A stretch of 64,000 nucleotides of DNA, taken from positions 138,044 through 202,043 of the IMG/VR virus record IMGVR_UViG_3300021091_000001. One strand, given 5' to 3'. The notes beneath the pieces were generated by a model. That model worked only from the letters and a program-made list of their open reading frames with translations. It searched no databases and was not told where the DNA came from. The position numbers and the translations under genes were made by a program. Source of the DNA: a virus (Duplodnaviria; Caudoviricetes). Position 1 is the stretch's first letter, and every line of letters starts with the position of its first letter. Shown piece by piece: positions 1 to 10,357 of this stretch.

Positions 1-3000
1 CAAGGCCTAAATTATTTCTTTTTGATTTTATATATGTATTGATAAGCCAATCTTTAAATAATGACCTAAAATAATGAATTTTTGAACCATTAATTACTTC
101 TGTGGACCAAAGATAGTGTTCTAATTCCTCTCCTTCCAATAAATCTTCCCAGTTATTTTGAGTTCTGGCATTTGTGATGGCACTTTGTATATCAGATTTT
201 GCAACTTCTCTTCCTCGAATTCCACCGCGTGTTTTTGTTGTTACAACATAAGGATATTTATCGTTTGGTTGATTCACCGATAATGTTTTACCATTAGAAT
301 CTTGAAGTATTATTTTTTCGCTATATCCAAGTCTGTATTCATCCCATCTATTTCCTTCATCTATATCGCCAGTATAGTGGAATGTATTAAAAGAATCATT
401 TACAGAATCCTGATCTACAGCAGCTATATCTGTTCTTGAATATATTATTCCAGGATAATTATATCCATTGAAAGGAGAAAAAGACTTTTTTATTTTAGTT
501 TTATTTTCTGCTGCTTTAGTATTAGAATAGAATCCTCTTTCAAGAGATACGCCATTTCTTTCTTGAACAAATGTAATATTGGAAAATCTGGCCGTAGTTC
601 CAACTTCTGCAGAAAACGGTGCTGACCAATTAATTCTATATGTATTAATTGTTTTTCTAATTTCATTTATTGAAATTTTTGTCTTAAAAGAAAAAGAGTA
701 GTCTTTTGTATTCTGAGATCCAGGAAGAAAATCCGTTGGAGTTCTTATTGTAGAACCTGTTCTATCTTCATATTGAGAAGAACCAACAATGATATATGGA
801 TATCTTACTGTATTGAAATTAAATTCAGCGGAAAAAACGTTTGATACTGCATCTATTGATACTTCAGATTTATTTGTAATTTGATTAGACGCGGGGGTAT
901 TTAATTTGTAGAAAACATACTTAGCACTGGGTTGATTACTAACAATTTCTGTATTATCAAAATCTTTTGAAAAATTTAGAAATTCAACATTTTTATTAGT
1001 ACACTCTAAATAAAATTCAACATTACTAAAATCAGAATTTATAATGTTTTGAGCATCGCCGCCATTAGTTGTTGCCTCAAAATCACCCAACATAGTGGAA
1101 GATAAAGATGGAGAAATTTGCCTGCAGAATTTTGATGTACTGTTACCTATTTCTGATTTAGAAGAAAAATTATATTCCTGTTTTTCTTGATCAGATAATA
1201 CTGTTACTTTACCATTTGTAACTTTTCCATTTATTGTCCAAGAGCTTCTCCAAGGAGATACATTCCAAAGTACATTAGATTTAGAAGATGTATTGTTTGT
1301 AGCAAAGCTATTCACTTTATTTTTATTGACACCACAAAGAATATTATAAAATAGTTTATTAGGACCAACAACTGCAGCAGTTACTGCAACATTTTGTGAT
1401 CCAATTTTTCCTACAGGAAATATATTGGATGATCCATTATTAGATGTTTGAGTTCCATCTCCTAAAATTTTGTCATTTAGTAGTTGAAGAAATGGATTTA
1501 CGCAAGTGATTAAACTAGAAGAAAACAATACCTGTGAATTTTTTGTAGTCTTTAATATAGCCGTGTTGGAGCCAACAGTAACTAATGCCTTTGATGCAGA
1601 ATCTGAATTTGGTGTTCCGGTAAAAGTTATTATTGGAAGAAGAGCATTGTTGTCTAATATATTTTTTCTTTTACCAAATATACTATGCATTGGGACTTCT
1701 CCTTCATGATATTCTGAAAGAGACCACGCATTAAAGCTTGTATCTGCATTTTGATAGGTATCATTTATACCTATAGAGCCACTAGAGCTCGAGCTAATTG
1801 ACATATCTATATTTAAATTAGAAAATCCAGCACTTGGATTAGCTGCTATTTCAGAACCATCTACAAAAACAGAAATATTTTTATCTTGTATTGCAGCGAT
1901 TTGCTGTCCTTGATCTGGAGTAATTGGTTTGAGTGGTGTCCATATCAAAAAATCATAGGAACTATAATCAACATTTGTATCATCTATATTAACTAACCAA
2001 TAATTTTTTTGAGATTTATCTGTTATTGACGCACGAGGATTTTCAAAAATAAAATTTTGCAGATTAAATACTGACTCTTGAAGATTGTAGAATACATATG
2101 CATTCTTTGCTGCTGATTCTTCGCCTGAATATAGAACTCCAACATTAAGAGTTGCTCTATCGTCAGCTGCTTCTGAGTATACATTTCTTACCTGAGCAAA
2201 GTTATAAGTTATCTTTGCAATAATTCTCCAGTTAAAGTTTTGAAATGTTCTTGGATCCTGTATTGCTTTTCTTGGAACATATATTTTCCAACCATAGTTA
2301 TTTTCTTTTCTTTTTAATAATACATTTTCTTTAAAAGAAAATAATTGAGTTGAATAAACTTTTCTTTCTATAGAACCTGGATCTATTACCTCAGATTCTT
2401 CAACTACATATTGATAATATGGAAGAGTATTTATTTTTTCTTTATAACCAAAGAAAGGATTATATGGAATATTTTCTGCGTCTTTTTCATATTTATCATA
2501 AATGAGATACAGATCTATCGGATCTGCCACTTCTAATAAAACGACTACTCTATAAAAATCTAAACCTTGATACTGAGAATTCTGAAGATCTGCGTTTGTT
2601 CTTGTATTAACATACTTATCAATAAGTATTCTATACTTGTTCTTTCCTGACTCATCAACAAAATTATTTGCCGAAGAATCTACAACTTTAATATTGTATC
2701 GTGATGGCTCTCTTAATTCTGGAGTATCACTCATTCCGGAGTAAGCTGCGGCATTGGATGGCAACAATACGTAGTGAGTGCTGATATAAAAACTATGAGC
2801 AAATAAAGCAGATGAATACTGCTCTGCAGTCAAATTTGTGACGCCCTCAGGTAGAGGTGATATTATTAAATTACTGACACAAACTTCTGGATTATTCACA
2901 ATTGGAGACCCTAGGTATTGATTAGCCTGTGGATTGTTAACTGCATACCTGAGCGTTCCAAATTCGTCTGAATACATAATCGAATCTGTTTCAGATGATA

Positions 3001-3178
3001 ATACTGGAGAAGTATTCTCTGGAATTAAATGTGATAAATCTGTAACTGATAAATTATTTTCTGGATTAACATCTTGTCCAGAAAACCACCCCAAATTTAC
3101 AGCATCAGTTGGGAGAACATGCCCCTTTTTAACTGCTGGTTCTTTGCCAAGATTTGTCTTATTCTCAAAAACTTTCAC
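1..3178 (-). CDS. Large virion structural protein (baseplate/tail-associated), 3'-truncated by the window edge, >1059 aa; not in the ORF track
   Basis: GTG at 3176-3178, 3 nt after the TAA of the upstream gene. Translated by hand as MKVFENKTNLGKEPAVKKGHVLPTDAVNLGWF... and still open in the same frame at base 2 (...FKDWLINTYIKSKRNNLGL). S/T/N/Y-rich beta-type composition; lies in the baseplate module. Confidence 0.8.
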   Translation of the reverse strand, partial: MKVFENKTNLGKEPAVKKGHVLPTDAVNLGWFSGQDVNPENNLSVTDLSHLIPENTSPVLSSETDSIMYSDEFGTLRYAVNNPQANQYLGSPIVNNPEVCVSNLIISPLPEGVTNLTAEQYSSALFAHSFYISTHYVLLPSNAAAYSGMSDTPELREPSRYNIKVVDSSANNFVDESGKNKYRILIDKYVNTRTNADLQNSQYQGLDFYRVVVLLEVADPIDLYLIYDKYEKDAENIPYNPFFGYKEKINTLPYYQYVVEESEVIDPGSIERKVYSTQLFSFKENVLLKRKENNYGWKIYVPRKAIQDPRTFQNFNWRIIAKITYNFAQVRNVYSEAADDRATLNVGVLYSGEESAAKNAYVFYNLQESVFNLQNFIFENPRASITDKSQKNYWLVNIDDTNVDYSSYDFLIWTPLKPITPDQGQQIAAIQDKNISVFVDGSEIAANPSAGFSNLNIDMSISSSSSGSIGINDTYQNADTSFNAWSLSEYHEGEVPMHSIFGKRKNILDNNALLPIITFTGTPNSDSASKALVTVGSNTAILKTTKNSQVLFSSSLITCVNPFLQLLNDKILGDGTQTSNNGSSNIFPVGKIGSQNVAVTAAVVGPNKLFYNILCGVNKNKVNSFATNNTSSKSNVLWNVSPWRSSWTINGKVTNGKVTVLSDQEKQEYNFSSKSEIGNSTSKFCRQISPSLSSTMLGDFEATTNGGDAQNIINSDFSNVEFYLECTNKNVEFLNFSKDFDNTEIVSNQPSAKYVFYKLNTPASNQITNKSEVSIDAVSNVFSAEFNFNTVRYPYIIVGSSQYEDRTGSTIRTPTDFLPGSQNTKDYSFSFKTKISINEIRKTINTYRINWSAPFSAEVGTTARFSNITFVQERNGVSLERGFYSNTKAAENKTKIKKSFSPFNGYNYPGIIYSRTDIAAVDQDSVNDSFNTFHYTGDIDEGNRWDEYRLGYSEKIILQDSNGKTLSVNQPNDKYPYVVTTKTRGGIRGREVAKSDIQSAITNARTQNNWEDLLEGEELEHYLWSTEVINGSKIHYFRSLFKDWLINTYIKSKRNNLGL

Positions 3179-3181
3179 AAA

Positions 3182-6100
3182 TTATTCCTCTTCGTAATCT
3201 GGACGCAGATTTGTGTATTCAACTACATAAGGCGTTGCACCCATTAAGCCCATCTGATATTGAGTATATTTAGCTATTGGATACCAAGAAGGAAGCTTCC
3301 AACTAGGGGTTGCTGCATAGCTATTATAGTAAGGTTGTTCAGTTAAAGTGTTGACTTTAAAAGCTGGAGTTGCTGCATAGTAGTAATTACGCATATTAAA
3401 ATCTATTCTTGGCTCTAGTACTGGTTCATCCAGTGTTGACTGGCTAGAGTCGTATTTTTCAAACCAATAAACTATATCGCCAGCTTGAGTTTGCGTTGGA
3501 ACAGATCCAGAAGTATCAAAGTTTGTCTCCACAGAAACAAACCAGTATCCAGGTGTTGCATCTGGCTGACAAATAAAGTCACCTATAGTGAATAGACCAT
3601 TTGAATCAGAAGTGGCTCTTCCTGATATTCCAGATTGACCTGGCGCAGTTGTTGTGTTTGAATAAGATAAGTTAAACAAATCATAAAGACTTCTAGCTCT
3701 TCTCCAATATACATAAACATTTGAATTTGTTTTTCCAACTATTTTTATATTCTGTAAACCATCTGCTGTAACTATCTTTTTATCCACTTCTGCAGAAACT
3801 TTATTAACCGCTTGATAATAAGGCTTAACATAATAGTTAATGGTAGAGCCGTTATTGTTTGGCTCTTTAAGGACAAAAGATTTGCTTTCTTCAAAAGGAA
3901 CATTTGATCCCGTATATCTAACTTGAGATCTTGCGAACCCATCTATGTTTGTTGTAAATACACTTGGAGTTGCTGCTATTTGTGATCCAGCTATTTGGAA
4001 ATTAGAATATGGTTTTGGGTTTCCATTTGAATCCAAAGAAAATACATTCAAAACCATAAAGTCCTTATTATCTGCTAAAACTTGTTTTGGAGACAAACTA
4101 TACTCAACTGTTGCATATTCATATTCATTATGCGATAGATATAAGTATCCTTCATTTAAGGCAGAATACAGTGGATTTAATTTAATCTCAGGAAGTTCAT
4201 AATCTTCGTCATAGAGTGATGATTCAAAAGTGATATGAGTAGTGTATGAACTATTTGGTGTACTCAAAAGAGTTACTTTTGTTCTATATGAAGAATCTAA
4301 AGAATTATAATATTGATTATCAACATTGAAACAATCTTTTACTCTATAGGTTACCTTATACTTTCTGCCTACTATGAAGGCAGGTGTAGCACCGATTGTT
4401 ATTGGTGCAATTACATTTGATGCAGATGAATAATCGCTGACAATTGTCAATCCAGTATATGTATCCACCACTTTTGCGTCAAAGAAATTGGAGTATGCTA
4501 AGTAAATTTTTGACGAATCTTTTGCAGTGATATATTCAAAGTTGTTAAAGGAATATATTGAAGGAGTTGCCTCATCGTAAAAAGAAACCTGATTATAGTT
4601 AGTTGTAGCTCCAGTTGAGTCAACAACATTAACAATAATTGGAGAACCTTTTCTAGCAATTTGGTCAAGAACTATTTCAGAATTATTTAAATCTATTTCT
4701 GTTTTTGGTTTTGCGTAGATAAATCTATCTTCGTCTTGGAAGTACCAACCAGTTCTTATTGAGGGAGATATATATTTTGTTGAATCATAAATATATTTTG
4801 CTCTAACTGGCAATTTATTAATTAAATACCTTCCAGTGCTAGAATCATAATAATTTAAAGAAACATTTTTTTCTAGATCATCTGTAAAAACAATGATTTC
4901 ATCATCTACATAACTATAATCTGTCCATATTTTTACTTCATCTGTATCATATATCGGCTCAACAGAAGTGAAATACATACTTGGAGAGGATGCGTAATTC
5001 TGAAGTCCAAATGCTGAGCGCTCCAAAGTGTAGTAGTTAATTACATCTGAATTCTTAGAATCAAGTAAGTCATTATTGATATTAGGTGAAGCATGAACAA
5101 TTCCTTTTTCAGATATATAAAAATTATAAGTTTCTATTGAATCTGAATTAAACTCTTCCCAGTTAGGATACTTAAATGGATAAACTTCTCCATCATTAGA
5201 ACCTATAATAATGTAGGTTGGAGTAGAAGTGTATGGGAATTTAGTTTCCGTAAAATAATAATTGTAAGTTGCACCACTTGTCGAAGCATATTCATTATAA
5301 GTGGTTGGATTAGCAAAAGGTGGAGACACATAAGATAGGTGTATATTTGGAGATGAAGGAATAAAGTATATTTCATTTTCATCTCTATTTAGAGATCTTC
5401 CTCCATATACTTTTGCTGGATCAAATATAGGAGCCTTAGTATAAGGCATGTCTGCGAATACGTTGTCTATATGAACAAACTGTGGTGTTGCATTTTGAGG
5501 AATACTAAAATTCTTTATTATATCTTTTGGAGTAATAACTATACTTGACTTGGTAGCCGAAACAGATGGTTTATTAATTATAGTGTATTCTCCACTGTTT
5601 CTTATTTTTGGAGATTGAACAGTTCTATATTGTATTGCATCGTATATGCGAGACGATATTCTTAATTGACCATCAAAATATGTTGGATTAGAAAAGTTTT
5701 TAACTATTCTAACTGAAGTACTGCTTGCTAAAGATACTCCATCAAAAGATATCCATCCATAGTTGCCAGAAGTATTGGATGGATCTTTTGCACTAACAAA
5801 GTTAACAGTCGCTTGCTGTATAGCAGATATGGGAATTTGAGCTAGTACATAACTCTGCGCAGCAGAAGGATTTATAACGTTATAATATGGAGTTGCTGCA
5901 GAATCGTTTGATATGAATCTAATATCACTTGAAGTTAGACCAGAAGCATTGAATATGTTTCTAATAATAAACTCTGGTGAAGCACTTGCTGTTGGAGCAA
6001 AAGTATTTTTTACTGTATCTGTAAGATTGGCTTTGAATACAGTATTGGCAGGTATTATTCCATGTGCAGCTAATTTAACATAAAGATCATAATTTATTGT

Positions 6101-7444
6101 TGCTGCTCCATGATTATAATATGGTTCCATATAACTTACGTACGTATCATATTTTAATTGTATTGGCTCATAATTATTTGAGCTTACTGAATCATACTTA
6201 TAACCATGAGCTCTAAGTTTAAATGAGTAAGGTTTTGTTCTTCTATCTAGCTCCTCTAGAACAATCCTCGCATCTTCAAAGTCTCCTATTCCCATCTGAT
6301 AAAATGGTGATGCCACAGGAGTAGCATCGGACTGCTGAGGTATCCTTGAAACACCTTCCTGATTTAATCCAGCATAATCCCAGTAAGACTCTCCCCATTT
6401 AATATATCCAAAATTAGACGGATGTCTTTTATTTAGATCTTCTACAAAATCAAAGAATCTTCTTTCTGGATTTCCTTCATCATCAAAATATGGAGTGCTA
6501 GACAATATGTTTTGTATTTCATATATTTCTGGGGTAGCTCCAATATATTTTGAGTTTGGAGTTGCATCATAGGCTCTCCATATATCTAGTTCTCTTCTTA
6601 AAGTTCTCTTTAATCCCTCTTCATTAATGTCTGGTGGATTAATATAAACATCTAGTATTCTAGATCTAAAATTTTCATTTGACTCTAGATATAATCTTTG
6701 AAGACCAACTCTTAATCCTGTTTCATCAAAGGCATTAAAATTTTGTATAGGTATTTGATCTACTACTGTTTGATCAACATATAGTTTTGTAAAGTCTTTG
6801 TTTGTATAAAGGTCAAAAGTAGTATAGTTATAATAAAAAACATAATCTGTCTCGCTAGACCTGAGTAAATCTTGATAGGAAGACACTCTTCCAAGTTCTA
6901 TGCCATCGCCTCTAACTTTGATAAAACCTGGATCAACAGGAGTGCTTACATATATCCATGCTGGTTGATCAATGTTTGCTTCTGTAATAAATGAATCTAA
7001 TTCATAATTGCTTATTGCAGCATCTACGTAATTAAAACATTCCCCAGTTAGCGCATTGAGAAGTGTTCCAGCAACTGTATCTGGAGTAGCCAACTGAGGA
7101 GTAGCTTTTTCGATAGAATCTTGATAGATTTTTGTCCAACTAGGAAATCTAGATAATAGATTTCTAGTATGATTTGTTATGACAGGAACAGTTATATCAG
7201 CTATTTGAACTTGAACAAGTAACAAAAAGTTTGCTAATGAAATATTAGATTCAGCGTTGAACGTTACTTGAAATTTTATATATCTCTTTACATTTCTCAA
7301 AAATAATACAGTTATATTATCTTGAATTGAAGCTATTTCTCTCCAGTCAGAATTGCTAGAATTCTTTTTATCAGAGGTAAATATCTTTAATTCAAATGTT
7401 GGATTCTCTAAACCAGGTAGATCACTAAACGCATGCTTGTATCC
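3182..7444 (-). CDS. Large baseplate wedge-like protein, 3' segment (joins 7425-7844 by a +1 shift; 1553 aa in total); C-terminal Big_1/Ig-like domain; 14 Ala-Thr-Pro motifs
   Basis: The track starts it at TTG 7300, but the frame is open and protein-like up to 7453 (GYKHAFSDLPGLENPTFELKIF...). FDETGLRVGLQRLYLESNENFRSRILDVY resembles the P2 gpI-type wedge motif. LSPKQVLADNKDFMVLNVFSLDSNGNP...TTNIDGFA resembles an invasin-type Ig repeat. Confidence 0.7.
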   Translation of the reverse strand, partial: GYKHAFSDLPGLENPTFELKIFTSDKKNSSNSDWREIASIQDNITVLFLRNVKRYIKFQVTFNAESNISLANFLLLVQVQIADITVPVITNHTRNLLSRFPSWTKIYQDSIEKATPQLATPDTVAGTLLNALTGECFNYVDAAISNYELDSFITEANIDQPAWIYVSTPVDPGFIKVRGDGIELGRVSSYQDLLRSSETDYVFYYNYTTFDLYTNKDFTKLYVDQTVVDQIPIQNFNAFDETGLRVGLQRLYLESNENFRSRILDVYINPPDINEEGLKRTLRRELDIWRAYDATPNSKYIGATPEIYEIQNILSSTPYFDDEGNPERRFFDFVEDLNKRHPSNFGYIKWGESYWDYAGLNQEGVSRIPQQSDATPVASPFYQMGIGDFEDARIVLEELDRRTKPYSFKLRAHGYKYDSVSSNNYEPIQLKYDTYVSYMEPYYNHGAATINYDLYVKLAAHGIIPANTVFKANLTDTVKNTFAPTASASPEFIIRNIFNASGLTSSDIRFISNDSAATPYYNVINPSAAQSYVLAQIPISAIQQATVNFVSAKDPSNTSGNYGWISFDGVSLASSTSVRIVKNFSNPTYFDGQLRISSRIYDAIQYRTVQSPKIRNSGEYTIINKPSVSATKSSIVITPKDIIKNFSIPQNATPQFVHIDNVFADMPYTKAPIFDPAKVYGGRSLNRDENEIYFIPSSPNIHLSYVSPPFANPTTYNEYASTSGATYNYYFTETKFPYTSTPTYIIIGSNDGEVYPFKYPNWEEFNSDSIETYNFYISEKGIVHASPNINNDLLDSKNSDVINYYTLERSAFGLQNYASSPSMYFTSVEPIYDTDEVKIWTDYSYVDDEIIVFTDDLEKNVSLNYYDSSTGRYLINKLPVRAKYIYDSTKYISPSIRTGWYFQDEDRFIYAKPKTEIDLNNSEIVLDQIARKGSPIIVNVVDSTGATTNYNQVSFYDEATPSIYSFNNFEYITAKDSSKIYLAYSNFFDAKVVDTYTGLTIVSDYSSASNVIAPITIGATPAFIVGRKYKVTYRVKDCFNVDNQYYNSLDSSYRTKVTLLSTPNSSYTTHITFESSLYDEDYELPEIKLNPLYSALNEGYLYLSHNEYEYATVEYSLSPKQVLADNKDFMVLNVFSLDSNGNPKPYSNFQIAGSQIAATPSVFTTNIDGFARSQVRYTGSNVPFEESKSFVLKEPNNNGSTINYYVKPYYQAVNKVSAEVDKKIVTADGLQNIKIVGKTNSNVYVYWRRARSLYDLFNLSYSNTTTAPGQSGISGRATSDSNGLFTIGDFICQPDATPGYWFVSVETNFDTSGSVPTQTQAGDIVYWFEKYDSSQSTLDEPVLEPRIDFNMRNYYYAATPAFKVNTLTEQPYYNSYAATPSWKLPSWYPIAKYTQYQMGLMGATPYVVEYTNLRPDYEEE

Positions 7445-7844
7445 GTATAATATCTATACTACTGTTTGTATCTACGAATCTAGGAAGGTATGAAAATCCC
7501 GATGCATCGATAACTCTGTATGGAGTTGCATGTGTCTCATAAATATAGAATGAACCCTCTTGTTCATCATAATTAAATATGTAGTATTCACCAAAATCTT
7601 GGTCATTAAGTATTTCGCCATAGTTTGTTACTGTGTAAGCACCTGGTATTGTGGGTGTTGCATCTGGAATAACACTAGTGCCAGTGAATTTATAGTCTCC
7701 CATTAAGTTATTTCCATATTGAGATCTATAAACTGAGTAATTTGTATAAAACTTATTTGAATATAGGTCTATAGAACCAGTGGTCCAAATATTGGACGCT
7801 ATTGTAAAATCCTGATTTCTTAGAGCTAAAAAATAAGTTTTCAT
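7425..7844 (-). CDS. 5' segment of the large baseplate protein (continues into 3182-7444 after a +1 shift at CGG-A)
   Basis: ATG 7844 with upstream AGGAG. Same composition and ATP motifs (DATPT, HATPY) as the downstream segment. In-frame CGG at 7443-7445, five codons before TAG. Confidence 0.75.
   Translation of the reverse strand: MKTYFLALRNQDFTIASNIWTTGSIDLYSNKFYTNYSVYRSQYGNNLMGDYKFTGTSVIPDATPTIPGAYTVTNYGEILNDQDFGEYYIFNYDEQEGSFYIYETHATPYRVIDASGFSYLPRFVDTNSSIDIIRIQACV
7442..7445 (-). other. +1 frame-change site 1 (ATA CGG A)
   Basis: Minus strand GAT ATT ATA CGG ATA CAA GCA TGC GTT TAG. Skipping the C gives ATA GGA TAC AAG CAT GCG TTT (IIGYKHAF), open to 3182. Confidence 0.8.
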
Positions 7845-7860
7845 TTAATAATTATTGCTC

Positions 7861-9165
7861 CTAAACTTCATCTAGCCATATAGAGTATTCAGAGGTAATT
7901 CCTCTATCGGGATGAACAAACATCAAATGCTGACAAGGTCTACTCATAGACTGAAAATACTCTTGCGCGTAAGTGTTATGACTCTCTGGTGATCCAGAGA
8001 TTCTAAGAATACCACTACCTATTGTCATTTTAAATTGCTGATGATAATGACCCATAAACACATCATCAAACTCTTCTGGGATCGCTCCATCTTTCCATCC
8101 CATTACCTTTTTATAGTAACCATGAAAAGAACTTGGAGCAGGCATCTGGTCGCCGTGAATTAAAAGACTACTATAACTTCCTATTCTATCTATGGCGTAG
8201 AAGCTTCTCTCTCCTCTACCATCTGGAATATCAAATGTGATTCTTTTTTCGTCTTTAAAAATCCACTGAATAATCTTATAGAGAAGTCTGTCCATATTTG
8301 TTTCTGGATCATGCTGTCTTCTTGCTCTTCCACCAACAGCTCCATGATTGCCAATCACTCCAGCTACATGAATGTGTTTAAAGTTTTGAAGTGCGATAGT
8401 CATAAACTTAGTTAGTATTTCTGGACCATACATACCGACCTGTCTATATAGGCCAGCGTCCAAAAGATGGCTTTGACCTGGGAATATCTCTTCGCCCTCA
8501 ACTATATCTCCCAGCAGCCATACATGCAAGGTGTCAATATTATGATGCATTCTTTGAATGTTGACAATCTCTAGCATCTTTTCTGTATAGAGTTCCATTC
8601 GCTTGGCTAATACGTCAGAGTTATAGCTCTTAGTAATTTTACCAAGTTGCCAGTCAGAGAATACAGCAACCGCTGTTTCTGGGGTTCCCTTATTTGCTGT
8701 ATTATAGTTCCTATAAGATACCTTAGGTATCTCGAAAGAACTAAATGCTTGATAGGCTGCTTGATAAACTGCATTAGCAGCTTCTTCTTTTACGTTTTTA
8801 TGCTTGTCAACAAGTCTTGCTAAACGCTTATTCTCTGATCTTAAAAAGTCTACAGTAGAAGAATGAATACTTACAGTATCCCCAGCGGTAGAGACTGAAG
8901 CTGAGATAGAGTTATCTAGAGAATTAAAATAATTGTCAAGCTCTTCTACTGATTCTTCTAAATAATCTTCATAAATAAAATCATTTTTATCTACTACACT
9001 AAAATATTTAGAAGCTTCATTTGCGGATATTTCTTCTGCGCTTAGAGTGGAGGCGAGCACTGAGCCTGGAATATCCTCTTCTCCACTAGTGATCCCTACT
9101 GCATTACCTTTGTTTTTTGCCTTAACAATCTGAGTCTTTGTAATCAGGTACATTTTTTCTGCCAT
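7861..9165 (-). CDS. Calcineurin-like metallophosphoesterase with N-terminal coiled-coil region
   Basis: Ordered motifs FSDWQLG, LLGDIVEGE, IGNHG, LIHGDQ, FMGHYHQ are the five metal-binding blocks of the superfamily. Confidence 0.85.
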   Translation of the reverse strand: MAEKMYLITKTQIVKAKNKGNAVGITSGEEDIPGSVLASTLSAEEISANEASKYFSVVDKNDFIYEDYLEESVEELDNYFNSLDNSISASVSTAGDTVSIHSSTVDFLRSENKRLARLVDKHKNVKEEAANAVYQAAYQAFSSFEIPKVSYRNYNTANKGTPETAVAVFSDWQLGKITKSYNSDVLAKRMELYTEKMLEIVNIQRMHHNIDTLHVWLLGDIVEGEEIFPGQSHLLDAGLYRQVGMYGPEILTKFMTIALQNFKHIHVAGVIGNHGAVGGRARRQHDPETNMDRLLYKIIQWIFKDEKRITFDIPDGRGERSFYAIDRIGSYSSLLIHGDQMPAPSSFHGYYKKVMGWKDGAIPEEFDDVFMGHYHQQFKMTIGSGILRISGSPESHNTYAQEYFQSMSRPCQHLMFVHPDRGITSEYSIWLDEV

Positions 9166-9189
9166 GCTAATTTCCTTTTCAAAAAGTTA

Positions 9190-10347
9190 TTAAGATATTA
9201 TAACAGAAAAGACAGAAACAGATCCGGCAATTATGTATTCTCTATCAGAATTTATCCTAAATACACCCTTTGAAACTTCTTGACCATTTGAAGTTACGCT
9301 TAGAATGCTGACAGACTTAACAAAGTCCGATGAAGCTCTCACTTGAGACTCTATATCACCAAAAGATATAGAGCTTCCAATGGTTTGTGAGTTAAGATAT
9401 CTCTTAACAAAGAGAGAAGCTTGAGTCTCTATAGATGTAACAACTTTAGAGCTTAAGCCAGCTGGCAGAACAACGTTCACCGCTACGTTAACTGGGACTC
9501 TTTCTGCTATTCTTATATTAAGCTTAATTCCTACTGGTTTTTTTGCTGACAAAGCATTTGCTACAGAATCAACAAAAGCTGCATCTATTCTTTGAGATTC
9601 TGGAACAATAATCACATCACAAGAACCTAGTCCATAGGATGATTCTCTCACTCTGATATCTCTAACTCCTGGAATTGCTAAAGCTGTAAGCCTTAAAGAT
9701 TCATTTGTTCCATAAGAAGTTTCTTTTATTGATCTACTAATTCTCATTCTATATAAGTCATCTGACTCCATATTAGACATAGAGTATACTTCTTTTGGAT
9801 TAACACAGAAAATTAAAGTTCCATCTGGAGAAACAAAATTATGTTTTGTGAGAGTCGCAACAGAAGCAGTAAAGTCATTACCTTGGAAATTGGGCACTAC
9901 TCTTCCATAAACTCTGGTTGTTCCAGCCAATATCATGACGTCATCAACTAATCTATACTGATATTGTCTTGTTGAAAATGAGGTAACATCGTTATAAACC
10001 AAAGTATCTTTTGGAATTATAATATCAGATGCCTGAACATTCGAAATATAAAACTCTATATTATAGCTAGCCCTTTCTTGTTCAGCCTCGCTAGCTATAA
10101 GTCTTCTTCTTACTGAATATAATTCTCCAATTAGATCTAGTGATCTGCCTTTTGCAGTAGAAAGACAAGATTGATCTATGCCGAATTTAAGTGCTTCGTA
10201 CAAATCTCCTATTTCAACTGCAAGTGCCTCAGCAAAGGCTCTGGCTATAGATCCTGGATGAGTTGCTGTTATCCCTGCGTTTCTCTGCAAAGATTGCAAC
10301 ATTTGAGTAAGTATCTGATCTTTAGTCTTACTGTAAACAATTGGCAT
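9190..10347 (-). CDS. Baseplate J-like wedge protein
   Basis: GSIARAFAEALAVEI...LSTAKGRSLDLIGELYSVRR...ESDDLYRMRI...GTNESLRLTALAIPGVRDIRV is the typical Baseplate_J pattern; next to a gp25-like gene. Confidence 0.85.
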   Translation of the reverse strand: MPIVYSKTKDQILTQMLQSLQRNAGITATHPGSIARAFAEALAVEIGDLYEALKFGIDQSCLSTAKGRSLDLIGELYSVRRRLIASEAEQERASYNIEFYISNVQASDIIIPKDTLVYNDVTSFSTRQYQYRLVDDVMILAGTTRVYGRVVPNFQGNDFTASVATLTKHNFVSPDGTLIFCVNPKEVYSMSNMESDDLYRMRISRSIKETSYGTNESLRLTALAIPGVRDIRVRESSYGLGSCDVIIVPESQRIDAAFVDSVANALSAKKPVGIKLNIRIAERVPVNVAVNVVLPAGLSSKVVTSIETQASLFVKRYLNSQTIGSSISFGDIESQVRASSDFVKSVSILSVTSNGQEVSKGVFRINSDREYIIAGSVSVFSVIIS

Positions 10348-10357
10348 TTATATTCCT

